This document shows, in pieces, positions 21,301 through 30,003 of a DNA stretch of 64,000 nt (position 1 is its first letter; the number at the start of each line of letters is the position of its first letter). The DNA comes from Candidatus Latescibacterota bacterium. GTDB lineage: Bacteria; Latescibacterota; UBA2968. The stretch spans positions 3,904,001 through 3,968,000 of the forward strand of contig OZ244960.1 in NCBI GenBank assembly GCA_965222605.1. Direction: 5' to 3'. Both the position numbers and the translations under genes were made by a program. Under the pieces are notes generated by a model. The model was not told the DNA's origin. It made no database searches and saw only the letters and a list, made by a program, of their open reading frames with translations.

Positions 21301-21744
21301 GCAGCAGCTTGCGAGCCGAATACTGTTGCGCTTCCACCGCTTGAAGAACACCATCGCCTCGTTCAAAAAGCCACGACACTGATCATCACTGAGGGCAGGT
21401 CCGTTGGTGGACATTTGGGACGACCATCGGGTGCACGTTTCCGGACTTATGAACGCCTGATGCAATACGCCGATGATGTCAAATACACGCTATTTGACAC
21501 GCGAGAACTTAATCAAGCCATTGAGGACATATATCGATACCCGTTGCGTCAGACAGCGACCGATACTCTCAATCGTCAGCTTCGTAGCGGTATTTCCAAC
21601 GAAGATCTTGCGGTTCTCGTGATTACAATGTGGAATGAGGATCGGCTTTGTATTATTGAAAGAGAAAGACGAACGCAAGAACCACAGATTATCTGTTCAC
21701 TGGGACTTGCCAGAAGAGGAGAGGAGAACGCCGATGCAAATTGA
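18331..21744 (+). CDS. PLD (HKD) nuclease fused to SNF2-type SF2 helicase
   Basis: LHAKLY...GSSNLT PLD motif; GDVVGLGKT, DESH, SAT, SEGQNLQ, QRAGRVDRIG helicase motifs. Confidence 0.88.
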   Translation: MPRIFDNIDQQLLPALRKTLEIARHADFCVGYFNLRGWKALGSYIESWRGGEGECCRLLVGMQRLPEEELRQARRLDKGDGGIDNRTVLRLKQRLAEEFREQLTIGMPTLEDEKGLRQLAYQIRDGKVRVKLFLRHPLHAKLYLLYRPDDPITPIVGYLGSSNLTLAGLSQQGELNVDVLDSDACQKLEDWFEERWNDRWCIDISDELIKIIEQSWAREELIPPYHIYVKMAYHLSQEARAGLNEFQIPRDFGAKLFEFQTAAVKIAAHHLNRRGGVLIGDVVGLGKTLMATALARILEDDYGFETLIICPKNLVKMWEDYQYEYHLHGKVLSISQVINELPKLRRYRLVLIDESHNLRNREGKRYRAIQEYIQENESKVILLSATPYNKTYLDLSNQLRLFVDEGKDLGVRPEQLLKALGGETEFIRKHQSGVRTLPAFEQSEHIDDWRELMRLYLVRRTRSFIMENYAETEHETGRKFLTFSDGTRSYFPTRVPKTVKFTIDDQNPDDHYAQLYSRHVVRLISNLKLPRYGLGNYIVDTPSKPPTPAEQRQLENLSRAGKRLIGFSRTNLFKRLESSGQAFIQSVERHILRNYIYLHAIETDDPLPIGTQNSEMLDARVYDEDADDANLISDPFEDDSDTKIDATNLQFSSHTTDYFKQRAAQIYQLYTTKYGGRFRWIRPDLLCPSLRKDLTDDAHALLKILQRYGTWDAEKDAKLNALEDLITRIHPNDKVLVFTQFADTVRYLKAALSARGISQIAEVTGDSPDPTGLAWRFSPVSNNKLDSSTLQKELRVLISTDILSEGQNLQDCSIVVNYDLPWAIIRLVQRAGRVDRIGQEAENILCYSFLPAEGVERIIRLRGRVRTRLRENAEVVGTDEAFFEDDGDNNAIVDLYHERAGLLDDELDNDVDLASYAYQIWKNAITQNPRLEKVIPELPSVVYSTQSHVATDTEPEGALVYMRTGEGNDALAWVNRDGQSVTESQFAILQAAACEPNTVALPPLEEHHRLVQKATTLIITEGRSVGGHLGRPSGARFRTYERLMQYADDVKYTLFDTRELNQAIEDIYRYPLRQTATDTLNRQLRSGISNEDLAVLVITMWNEDRLCIIERERRTQEPQIICSLGLARRGEENADAN

Positions 21745-24700
21745 TGTAAGCCAGATGCGCCAATATCTTAAAGACTTTGAAATTGAGACACTCCTGATTG
21801 AAGAACTCGGTTGGGATTATCACACACAAAGGCTCAATATTACAGTTGAAGAAACCGAATATTTATTGACCGCAATTGCTGAAAAACGCGGTATGGTTGT
21901 TTTTCTTTATTCGGCAATTGCTGATGGTCACATTCCAGATTATGCGACCCGGCGTAAAATTCAAAGGCAGGTTGCCAAATCCGTCCATGAGCACTTTATC
22001 ATTTATACCGATGACGCAAAAATCGAGCAAATCTGGCAGTGGGTAAAACGGGAGCCGGGGAAACCCGCCGCATGTCGTGAACACCGTTATCAGCGGGAAC
22101 AGTCTGGTGAGTCACTTATTCAAAAGCTGAGAACAATTGCTTTTAGCATTGAGGAGGAAGAGGGACTTACACTGGTGGATGTGACAGGGCGTGTTCGGGT
22201 AGGTTTTGACATTGAGCGTGTGACCAAACGATTTTATGATCATTTCAAGAAGGAACACGGCGCATTTCTCAAATTTCTCGAAGGGATTCCTGATGAAGAG
22301 ATGCAACGTTGGTATGCTTCAGTTATGTTGAATCGGTTGATGTTCATCTACTTTATTCAGAAGAAGGGATTCCTGAATGATGATCAAGAATATTTGCGTA
22401 CCAATTTGACACAGAGCCAAGTAAACGGCAAAGATCAATACTACACAGCGTTTCTATGTCCCCTATTTTTTGATGGGTTTGCAAAACAAGAAACCGAACG
22501 GACCAGAGAGGTGAATCGTCTGCTCGGAAAAGTGCCTTACCTGAACGGTGGCATCTTTCAGCGACACCAGATTGAGGAACTCCATGGTGAAACTATTCAG
22601 ATTGCCGATGCTGCCTTTGAACAGCTTTTTGATTTTTTTGAGAAATATCATTGGCACCTCGATGATCGCCCACTGCAGAACGATTACGAGATTAACCCCA
22701 ATGTGCTCGGTTATATCTTTGAAAAATACATCAACCAGAAGCAGATGGGGGCTTACTACACCAAAGAGGATATCACAGAGTATATCAGCAAAAATACGAT
22801 AATTCCATTTCTCTTTGATGCAGCACGAAAGGGATGTAAAATCGCTTTCGAGGGGGATGCGAGTGTTTGGAAACTTCTACAAGCTGATCCTGACCGCTAC
22901 ATCTACGATGCTGTGAAAAAAGGTGTCAAATTGGATTTATCGAAAGATATTGCTGTGGGGATTGAGGATGTATCCAAACGGGCAGAATGGAACACGCATG
23001 CGCCCGATGAATACGCCTTGCCGACGGAGCTATGGCGAGAGACCGTCTCACGACGGCAAAGATACGAAGCGGTTCGAGTCAGGTTGTCAAACGGAGAAAT
23101 AGAGGACATTAACGCGCTCATTACGGACAATCTCGACATCCGTCAATTTGCACAGGACGTGATTGAAAATTGTGAAGGCCCCGAACTGCTACGGGCTTTC
23201 TGGAAAGCTATCAATCAGGTGACAATTCTTGATCCGGCCTGTGGTTCTGGTGAGTTCTTTTCTGCTGCCCTCAACATACTTGAACCACTCTACGAGGCAT
23301 GCCTTGATCGGATGGAAGTATTTCTTGACGAGTTACAGTATGCCGAAAAAAAGCCGCGAACCGAAAAATTTAGAGACTTCCGCGAAATTCTTGAACGTAT
23401 TGAAAAACACCCGAACCGCCGTTACTTTGTTCTCAAGTCGATTATTATCAACAACCTCTACGGTGTAGATATTATGGAGGAGGCAATAGAGATTTGTAAG
23501 TTGCGGCTTTTCCTCAAAATGGTGGCACAGATTGAGGATGTAAAACAGATTGAACCGCTTCCCGACATTGACTTTAACATCCAGGTTGGGAATACTCTTG
23601 TGGGATATGCGACATACAATGAGGTGGAAAAAACGGTTACCAGTAAGTTAGACTTTGATAACACCATGAAGCGCATCGAAGAAAAGGCGGAGGATATTGA
23701 GCGTTTGTTTGCCCTGTTTCGCCAGCAACAAACAGAATTGGGTGGTGTGGTGAAACTTGCCGATAAACAGGCGTTGCGGGATAAACTCAAGGTGTTAGAA
23801 GATGAACTCAACCGATATCTTGCTGGAGAATATGGCGTAAATCCAAATAAAGGCTCTGATTATCGGGATTGGCTCTCTTCGCACAAACCTTTCCACTGGT
23901 TCATTGAGTTTTACGGGATTCTCAAAGATGGTGGTTTTAATGTGGTTATCGGCAACCCGCCGTATGTAAGCTATTCAAAATCAAAAAAAGAATACTGTGT
24001 AATTGAGAGCAATTTTGAAACCATTAAATGTGGAAATCTCTATACATTGGTTACAGAAAAAGTTTTTGATTTAGTTATAAGACAGGGGCGGTTTGGTGTC
24101 ATATTGCCATTGAGTAGTACCAATGCTAATAAAAACTCCTCCTTACAATCAAAGCTGCGAGCTTTTTCTTCACTTCACATTTCCCATTTTGCAGTTAGAC
24201 CAAGTAAATTGTTCGTCGGGGTAGATATGAATCTAACCATCATTTGCGGAACTTGTGAGTTAAATGAAATGCGGAATTATTATACTACGTCATTTTTCAG
24301 ATGGCCTTCAGGTTTTCGACCTTTCCTCTTTCCGAATCTTTCATATGTTAAAAATGAAAAGGCTATTAAAACTTCAGGATTTGCGAAATTTGGCAATGAT
24401 TTAGAAATTTCTATTTGGTCAAAGTTATCTGTTGGAAGCAATCCAATAGCTTCTATCTTGGCTGCCGATAAAATGGATTCACAAACGCAATTGGCTTTCC
24501 ATAGTTTTGGACGTTATTGGCGAAAATGTATTTGCGAAAAATTGTCTGATAACTATCAGGTATTCGATATAAATGAAAAATATTCCTCGTGTGTTTTGTG
24601 CATATTGAATAGTCAGTTGTCCTATTGGTATTGGATTATGTCTTCAGACTGTTATAGATTTACAAAAACCGATGCTCTTAATATTTCGCTGCCTCCCAAA

Positions 24701-24949
24701 CCAGATCTACCTCTCTATACTAAGCTGGCAAAATTACTTCTAAAATCATATGAAGAAAATTCTATACTTCAAAAAAAGAAAGCTAGAAACCGTCAAATAG
24801 TTATAGAGAAGCAATTTTTTCCAGCAAAATCTAAACTCATTATCGATGAAATTGACAGTGTTCTTGCTCAACACTACGGCTTCACAGATGAAGAATTGGA
24901 CTTCATTATCAACTACGATATCAAATACCGTATGGGACTGGGAAAGTGA
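21734..24949 (+). CDS. Eco57I/type IIG-like N6-adenine DNA methyltransferase with C-terminal TRD
   Basis: YLNGGIF, GAYYT, DPACGSGEF (motif I), GVDI, IGNPPY (motif IV); GAGGAG RBS before ATG 21734 overlapping the helicase stop region. Confidence 0.88.
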   Translation: MQIDVSQMRQYLKDFEIETLLIEELGWDYHTQRLNITVEETEYLLTAIAEKRGMVVFLYSAIADGHIPDYATRRKIQRQVAKSVHEHFIIYTDDAKIEQIWQWVKREPGKPAACREHRYQREQSGESLIQKLRTIAFSIEEEEGLTLVDVTGRVRVGFDIERVTKRFYDHFKKEHGAFLKFLEGIPDEEMQRWYASVMLNRLMFIYFIQKKGFLNDDQEYLRTNLTQSQVNGKDQYYTAFLCPLFFDGFAKQETERTREVNRLLGKVPYLNGGIFQRHQIEELHGETIQIADAAFEQLFDFFEKYHWHLDDRPLQNDYEINPNVLGYIFEKYINQKQMGAYYTKEDITEYISKNTIIPFLFDAARKGCKIAFEGDASVWKLLQADPDRYIYDAVKKGVKLDLSKDIAVGIEDVSKRAEWNTHAPDEYALPTELWRETVSRRQRYEAVRVRLSNGEIEDINALITDNLDIRQFAQDVIENCEGPELLRAFWKAINQVTILDPACGSGEFFSAALNILEPLYEACLDRMEVFLDELQYAEKKPRTEKFRDFREILERIEKHPNRRYFVLKSIIINNLYGVDIMEEAIEICKLRLFLKMVAQIEDVKQIEPLPDIDFNIQVGNTLVGYATYNEVEKTVTSKLDFDNTMKRIEEKAEDIERLFALFRQQQTELGGVVKLADKQALRDKLKVLEDELNRYLAGEYGVNPNKGSDYRDWLSSHKPFHWFIEFYGILKDGGFNVVIGNPPYVSYSKSKKEYCVIESNFETIKCGNLYTLVTEKVFDLVIRQGRFGVILPLSSTNANKNSSLQSKLRAFSSLHISHFAVRPSKLFVGVDMNLTIICGTCELNEMRNYYTTSFFRWPSGFRPFLFPNLSYVKNEKAIKTSGFAKFGNDLEISIWSKLSVGSNPIASILAADKMDSQTQLAFHSFGRYWRKCICEKLSDNYQVFDINEKYSSCVLCILNSQLSYWYWIMSSDCYRFTKTDALNISLPPKPDLPLYTKLAKLLLKSYEENSILQKKKARNRQIVIEKQFFPAKSKLIIDEIDSVLAQHYGFTDEELDFIINYDIKYRMGLGK

Positions 24950-25578
24950 CTCAACCGATTGAACGCATTACGCAAACAGACTCAAATTATCCAGAGCAGT
25001 TGAGGGGCTATTTGAAGACAGAAACTCCAGAAATTATCTGGGCGCGAGGAAATAGTGCCTTGTTAACGGGTCAGAACAATTTCGGAGACCTTTGGGCACT
25101 GTTCTGTTCCGGCAAATGTCCTGCTGAGATTATTTTAAAAACACATGACTTGGCTCAGCAATTGCAGCAATTAGGGAAACCTACCATAGGGGGTTATCAT
25201 TCACCGGTTGAAGAGGAATGTCTGCGCGTTTTGTTACGTGGGTCACAACCGCTCATCGTATGTCCAGCCCGTAGTATCGAAAATATGCGATTGAGACCCG
25301 AGTGGAAACAGGGGTTATCCGAAAGTCGTCTTTTAATCCTGTCTATTTTTGATAGTAAATATCGGAGATCAACCGTAGAATTGGCAAGAAAACGTAACGC
25401 ATTTGTTGCGGCACTTGCGGACAAAATATTTATCGCCCATGCCTCAGAAGATAGTAAGACACTGCAATTCGCACATAAGGTATTGGAATGGGATAAACCT
25501 CTTTTCACCTTTAATACACAAGCAAACAAATCGCTCTTTCAACTTGGGGCACAAAGGATAGAAAGTCTCAGTCCCTGA
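24946..25578 (+). CDS. DprA/SMF-like (SLOG Rossmann-fold) protein, short form
   Basis: DSNYPEQL..PEIIWARGN, GGYHSPVE, RNAFVAALADKIFI, LFQLGA; GTGA overlap with the MTase stop. Confidence 0.75.
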   Translation: MTQPIERITQTDSNYPEQLRGYLKTETPEIIWARGNSALLTGQNNFGDLWALFCSGKCPAEIILKTHDLAQQLQQLGKPTIGGYHSPVEEECLRVLLRGSQPLIVCPARSIENMRLRPEWKQGLSESRLLILSIFDSKYRRSTVELARKRNAFVAALADKIFIAHASEDSKTLQFAHKVLEWDKPLFTFNTQANKSLFQLGAQRIESLSP

Positions 25579-25772
25579 AACCTCTGAAAGGCGCAGTTAT
25601 CCATCTCAGATAATGAACAGGTCTGGAGATGGGTTACAATGAGCCGTCGCATATTTTTTAAAAATTACTTTGCTCTTATGCAAAAACTATATACATTTTC
25701 GTCATACAAGGGTGACCCTACCCTGCTTAGAACAGTTTTAGAGATATATTCTTATGGCGAACTGATCCCGTA

Positions 25773-26810
25773 ATGGCCACCCCTAAATCTGGTTTATTGA
25801 AGCAGCAATTATCGCATGAGCAAGTAATCAATTGGTCTGGCTTTGAGGTCAGTGATCAAGGTGTGTTGCCTCCTCTTCGCAAGGGGTATTATTATAATGT
25901 GGTAGGCCAGGTCATTGCGGGCGACGCTCCAAAAGGCTTTATACGCGCCTACACTTATGGTGAAGCTGATCGATCCAATCCTCGCAAGTGGCCTGCATAT
26001 ATTGCCAAGGTGGGGCATAAGTGGTATCCCAATGAGTCTATTACGGAACACCTGCTTACACGAATCGGGCAACTGATTGGCCTGAAAATGGCTGAGTCTT
26101 CTATTGTGTCAGCACATGGTCAGATCCGCTTTCTAAGCCGGTATTTTCTCGGGCGCAACCAAAGCCTCGTTCACGGAGCACAGATCTTTGCAGGCTATTT
26201 GAAAGATGATGAATTTGTAGAGGAGGTAGAGCAGGTTGGCGCGACCCAGGACATGTTTACGTTCCAATTTATTAAGGAAGCAATTCAAGAGCAGTTTCCC
26301 CGTCAGGCGAGTTCCATTCTGGAGGGTTACACTCAGATGCTCGCCTTTGACGCTATCGTGGGGAATAATGACCGGCATCATTACAATTGGGGAGTGGTAG
26401 TTCATGAACACCGTAGGCATGAGCCTTACTTTTCCCCTATTTATGATAGTGCACGGGCACTTTTCTGGAACGACTCAGAATCAAAACTTGGAGATATTAA
26501 AAAGCATCCTGACCCGCAACGGTTGCCTGCTTTCATTAACCGGTACGTCAAAAACTCGCGTCCAAAGACAGGGTGGGATGGTGTAAATAGCCCCAATCAT
26601 TTCATCTTGATTCAAAACATTTACCAGGATTATCCCGATCTCCGTTCAGTGATGTCGGCTCTTTGTCACCCACAACTTTTACAACGCGTCCAGGAAACGC
26701 TCAACAGCGAGTTCCGCCCACTTATGAGTGCCTTGCGCCGGGAAATGATCCTGGATTGCTTAAAACATCGGTTACATCTGTTTCAAAAAGCGGTTGGCGT
26801 TGATAGCTGA
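25773..26810 (+). CDS. HipA-like Ser/Thr kinase (HipA_C / HipT-like)
   Basis: YIAK, ITEHL, FDAIVGNNDRHHYNWG, FSPIYDS. Confidence 0.85.
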   Translation: MATPKSGLLKQQLSHEQVINWSGFEVSDQGVLPPLRKGYYYNVVGQVIAGDAPKGFIRAYTYGEADRSNPRKWPAYIAKVGHKWYPNESITEHLLTRIGQLIGLKMAESSIVSAHGQIRFLSRYFLGRNQSLVHGAQIFAGYLKDDEFVEEVEQVGATQDMFTFQFIKEAIQEQFPRQASSILEGYTQMLAFDAIVGNNDRHHYNWGVVVHEHRRHEPYFSPIYDSARALFWNDSESKLGDIKKHPDPQRLPAFINRYVKNSRPKTGWDGVNSPNHFILIQNIYQDYPDLRSVMSALCHPQLLQRVQETLNSEFRPLMSALRREMILDCLKHRLHLFQKAVGVDS

Positions 26811-26836
26811 TCCAAATCCCTCTAATGGAGTATGCT

Positions 26837-27253
26837 ATGATATCGACCCTGAAGAAAATTCTGTTCCGGCAAGACGGTCAGGAACACCTTTACACCCCGC
26901 AACATGAGACGGCCGAATTTTTGTTGCGATACCGCAATCTGGATGTGGGGCATCTATCACTTCATGATGGAAAGTGGCATTTCAAGTACGATGATGCTTT
27001 TCGGGAGAAGGTAGGAGTTTGTCCAATTATGGACTTCCCGAATCTGGATAAGCACTACGAATCTGATGTGTTGTGGCCATTTTTCGTGGTTCGCATCCCA
27101 GGCCTGGGGCAACCGGCCATCCAGCGTGTGATCCGCGAGGAGAAGCTCGACGGACGCAATGAGGCCCAACTGCTCAAGCGTTTTGGCAAAACCACAATCG
27201 CCAATCCATTTATCTTGATCCCAAAAGACAATCCAGACGAATCCGAAGATTGA
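26837..27253 (+). CDS. HipA N-terminal-domain (HipS-like) protein
   Basis: VGHLSLHDGKWHFKYD, FPNLDKHYES..LWPFF..RIP; GGAG before the ATG at 26837. Confidence 0.78.
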   Translation: MISTLKKILFRQDGQEHLYTPQHETAEFLLRYRNLDVGHLSLHDGKWHFKYDDAFREKVGVCPIMDFPNLDKHYESDVLWPFFVVRIPGLGQPAIQRVIREEKLDGRNEAQLLKRFGKTTIANPFILIPKDNPDESED

Positions 27254-27278
27254 TTATTTTCTTCAAGTACAATACAAC

Positions 27279-27315
27279 AAGCCCGTTAATCACAGCCGAT
27301 CAACGGGCTTATTTC
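27279..27315. terminator. Probable intrinsic terminator between convergent genes
   Basis: AAGCCCGTT...AACGGGCTT followed by ATTT. Confidence 0.55.
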
Positions 27316-27362
27316 ATGTGGTCATTTGGTCCGGAAATGGACACAGCCAGTTTGAAGATAGC

Positions 27363-27572
27363 TTAAGCCGCCGGAGGCTGCATTTCTGGTTTATTCAACA
27401 CCTGGTCGAGTGAAACCCGACCCGATTCAATGGCTAAAATGGCTCTTAGAACGTGCAGTTCAAACATCATCTCATCATCGGGAAATTCAGATCTGACTTG
27501 ATGGCATATTTGATCCAGATGCTCATTTTTAATGCCGGTTCGATGTGCAGCACTGAGATAGTCAAACATCAT
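27363..27572 (-). CDS. Small hypothetical protein (69 aa); its start abuts the IS end
   Basis: MMFDYLSAAHRTG...EFPDDEMMFELHVLRAI; the original AAGGA RBS lies on the far side of the IS. Confidence 0.65.
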   Translation of the reverse strand: MMFDYLSAAHRTGIKNEHLDQICHQVRSEFPDDEMMFELHVLRAILAIESGRVSLDQVLNKPEMQPPAA

Positions 27573-27594
27573 AATTGAGTCCCCTCCGAAAAGG

Positions 27595-27634
27595 GTGTAA
27601 TAGAGTGTAATAGAGTGTAATAGAGTGTAATAGA
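27595..27634. repeat. Perfect 10-bp tandem repeat x4 inside the IS end
   Basis: (GTGTAATAGA)4. Confidence 0.9.
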
Positions 27635-27636
27635 GA

Positions 27637-29316
27637 TTATAGGTTTTTTGTGAGCGTTGGGTCTGTCTGTGTCGCCTTTGGTGGTAACGTATGGTATTGG
27701 GGGTCTTGTATAGAGTGCCCGTGCTTTGCAGGCGTGCTGACGAGGTTACAAAGTGCATGTTTGGGTGAACAGGGTGCACCTATTGGGGAGTCTTCATTTG
27801 GCTGGGCGAGATAATTCTTGATCCTTACCAGATTGATCCATAAACTGCGGCACCATGCCCAGACTTGATGGGGCAAAAGCCGACGATAACGCGTTTTACC
27901 CCCTGTTGTGTGATAGCTCAACTGGAAGATGCTGGCCTCAACATTATGGCGTCGATTGCGGATGTGCACAGGCATGTCTTCAATCTGTTTTCGCCGGTGA
28001 TAGGCAAGGATGTCTTGTTGGGTAATATATCGCGGCTTCCCTGCGATGAAGAGTTTGTATTTGCCCGGTTTATATTCTTGTGCAAGCTGAATTTCTCCAC
28101 TTTCTCGATCAATGACTTCAACCCCTTCTTCTGTGCGTTCATACATCAAACGTCCCGGTCTGCCTTGTAACCCACTGTAATAGAATTGCTTGTCCTCTTT
28201 GTCGGCATACGCACTGTTGCAAGCCGCATGGTAAGCCCCATCCATCGACGACACGTCCGAGACCTGTCCGACCACCTCCTGTGTCCGTTCTATGGCCGGT
28301 TGGACAAAAGCGTTATCGGCAGCCGTTGCAGGTTTGACTTCTACATCCGTGATCAAATTGAGGCCCTCCCCATCACAGGTCTCAGTGAGATTGACACTAT
28401 ATCCCTTGACCTTCTGCACCCCTTTTCTGCGAAAGGTCGCATCTGGATCATGGACAGACTGTAAGGAGGAAGAAGAAATAGATTGTGATGGCTTGGGAAG
28501 CACTGATTTTTCACTGGCGGAGACACGGACGGTGTATTGGTCAGAAAAAACACGCACGATCAGACCATATTCATCGCTGTCTTTCTCCTGATAGGCCGAC
28601 AACAGTCTGCACACTAACAAACCGAGGGCTTCGAGCTTCTCCCCTTTTTCTGCACTGCTGAGTGGATACCCAACCTGATGCGGCTTCACCTTGAGCAAGG
28701 CGTCCAAAACCTCGCGGTCTGCTGCGCATAATCGTTCCTTTGCGCCCTTGTCTAACGAGCCCCAGAACCTTTGTAAGCACCCAACGACCAACTGCAAGCG
28801 ACAACAGGTGGCAATATTGGCGCCGATTAACTTGCTGTCCATTCGCACCTGATCACCCGTCACGCCAAAGACTCTCGCCTGTGTCTTGGTTAAACTAAAA
28901 AAAGTCTCCCCAATCAGATTGCGACCCGTTTGCAGGCCATAGGCATACACGGACTGCTTGAACAGATAATACGTCGAAGCCACAGGCACCTCATCCGACA
29001 GATTCATCAACCCTAAAGCACGCATCACCAGAATGTTGAACCCACAATGCTCAAAAAGTTGCGCATCGCTCCACCCAAAGCCCTCTTTCAAGATCATCAT
29101 CGACACCAAGCGGCGCACAGAAGCATTGGGACGGCCTTGCGCACGATCAAACAACACCGAAAAGACATCTTCATCTATCTTGCAGGTGATATGGGCGTAG
29201 AACACATTATGCCAAGCACTCGGATCATTCAACTGCGCCTGCTTGCTTCCTTTGAAATGGGACTCAAAACTCGAAAACAGATCCGGTTGGCTCGAGGGGG
29301 CACTTCTTCTAAACAT
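27637..29316 (-). CDS. DDE transposase
   Basis: GRP..SVRRLVSMMILK...SDAQL (DUF772-like), RMDSK, DPDATFRRK...GY, DGAY, RHNVEASI. Confidence 0.88.
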   Translation of the reverse strand: MFRRSAPSSQPDLFSSFESHFKGSKQAQLNDPSAWHNVFYAHITCKIDEDVFSVLFDRAQGRPNASVRRLVSMMILKEGFGWSDAQLFEHCGFNILVMRALGLMNLSDEVPVASTYYLFKQSVYAYGLQTGRNLIGETFFSLTKTQARVFGVTGDQVRMDSKLIGANIATCCRLQLVVGCLQRFWGSLDKGAKERLCAADREVLDALLKVKPHQVGYPLSSAEKGEKLEALGLLVCRLLSAYQEKDSDEYGLIVRVFSDQYTVRVSASEKSVLPKPSQSISSSSLQSVHDPDATFRRKGVQKVKGYSVNLTETCDGEGLNLITDVEVKPATAADNAFVQPAIERTQEVVGQVSDVSSMDGAYHAACNSAYADKEDKQFYYSGLQGRPGRLMYERTEEGVEVIDRESGEIQLAQEYKPGKYKLFIAGKPRYITQQDILAYHRRKQIEDMPVHIRNRRHNVEASIFQLSYHTTGGKTRYRRLLPHQVWAWCRSLWINLVRIKNYLAQPNEDSPIGAPCSPKHALCNLVSTPAKHGHSIQDPQYHTLPPKATQTDPTLTKNL

Positions 29317-29632
29317 TGCGATACTCCCACAGGCTTACTTTATAGGTTATACATCCGTTACGAGGCCACAGCCTCACACACGTAATTTAACTCTTTTTAC
29401 ATAAAAATAAAATCGACTTTTCGGAGCGGACTCATAATTGAAATCCTTAAAAAAATACCGTTTTCCAGATAAAGATTTGCAAATATACAAAAAAAAGTAG
29501 CCAAGACAATGGGCGAACTCATTTTAGGTGTAAAGTTAGGGATATTAAGTCTCCAAAATACATAATCCTAATCCCCATAACCGTCTCGGTGTGTGACCGG
29601 AGGCCGAGGTGCGAGTTTTAGTACATCAGGAG

Positions 29633-29660
29633 TTGACAGATGCCTGACAGGGGCTATATT
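29633..29660 (+). promoter_or_regulatory. Sigma70-like promoter giving a near-leaderless transcript
   Basis: TTGACA (29633-38), 16-nt spacer, TATATT (29655-60); ATG 8 nt downstream, no SD. Confidence 0.6.
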
Positions 29661-29668
29661 TCTTTCAT

Positions 29669-30001
29669 ATGCTAATTGCAAAAATTCCTGACGATGCCCT
29701 TGTAGTTCGTGGCGGTAAAAACCGACCCGAAGACATTCAACGTGGAAGCGGAACACATCCCAGTGGAATCACAGGCGTATCAGTAGAAAGTGGTGAAGGT
29801 GTATCCATCTCTGAATTGGCAAGGACGATTCCACATGGACAAGTTGGCGTGACAACCGTTGGTGAAATCCGAAAAGCTGGCGGTGATGTAGTGCGAACTT
29901 CTGGACGAAGCCCTTATCATGCGACATTGACTGGACTTACGTCTGGACAAATTAGTGAACTTTTTGCGCCAATAATTCCAAATCCTGCACGGGAGAAGTA
30001 A
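29669..30001 (+). CDS. Stand-alone polymorphic-toxin-like domain (possible ART-like fold)
   Basis: PDDALVVRGG...GVSV...VGVTTVGEIRKAGGDV...PYHATL...PNP resembles RHS C-terminal toxin tips (recognition by eye). Confidence 0.55.
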   Translation: MLIAKIPDDALVVRGGKNRPEDIQRGSGTHPSGITGVSVESGEGVSISELARTIPHGQVGVTTVGEIRKAGGDVVRTSGRSPYHATLTGLTSGQISELFAPIIPNPAREK

Positions 30002-30003
30002 AA

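Larger units (their letters stand above)
27577..29433 (-). mobile_element. Complete insertion sequence (IS1182/IS5/IS4-like DDE) with 17-bp TIRs and 6-bp TSD
   Basis: TIRs GAGTCCCCTCCGAAAAG (27577-27593) and CTTTTCGGAGCGGACTC (29417-29433), one mismatch; ATAATT duplicated at 27571-27576 and 29434-29439. Confidence 0.92.

Noticed and set aside
18331-24949. Calling the helicase-MTase pair DISARM or BREX
   Set aside because: No DrmA/DrmB (DUF1998), PglZ or BrxC genes in the window
27595-27634. Possible CRISPR or iteron origin
   Set aside because: Contiguous 10-bp units with no spacers, inside an IS; no rep gene nearby
27573-27779. N-terminal extension of the 138-aa ORF 27363..27779
   Set aside because: The extension lies within the IS end and tandem repeat; the real gene starts at 27572
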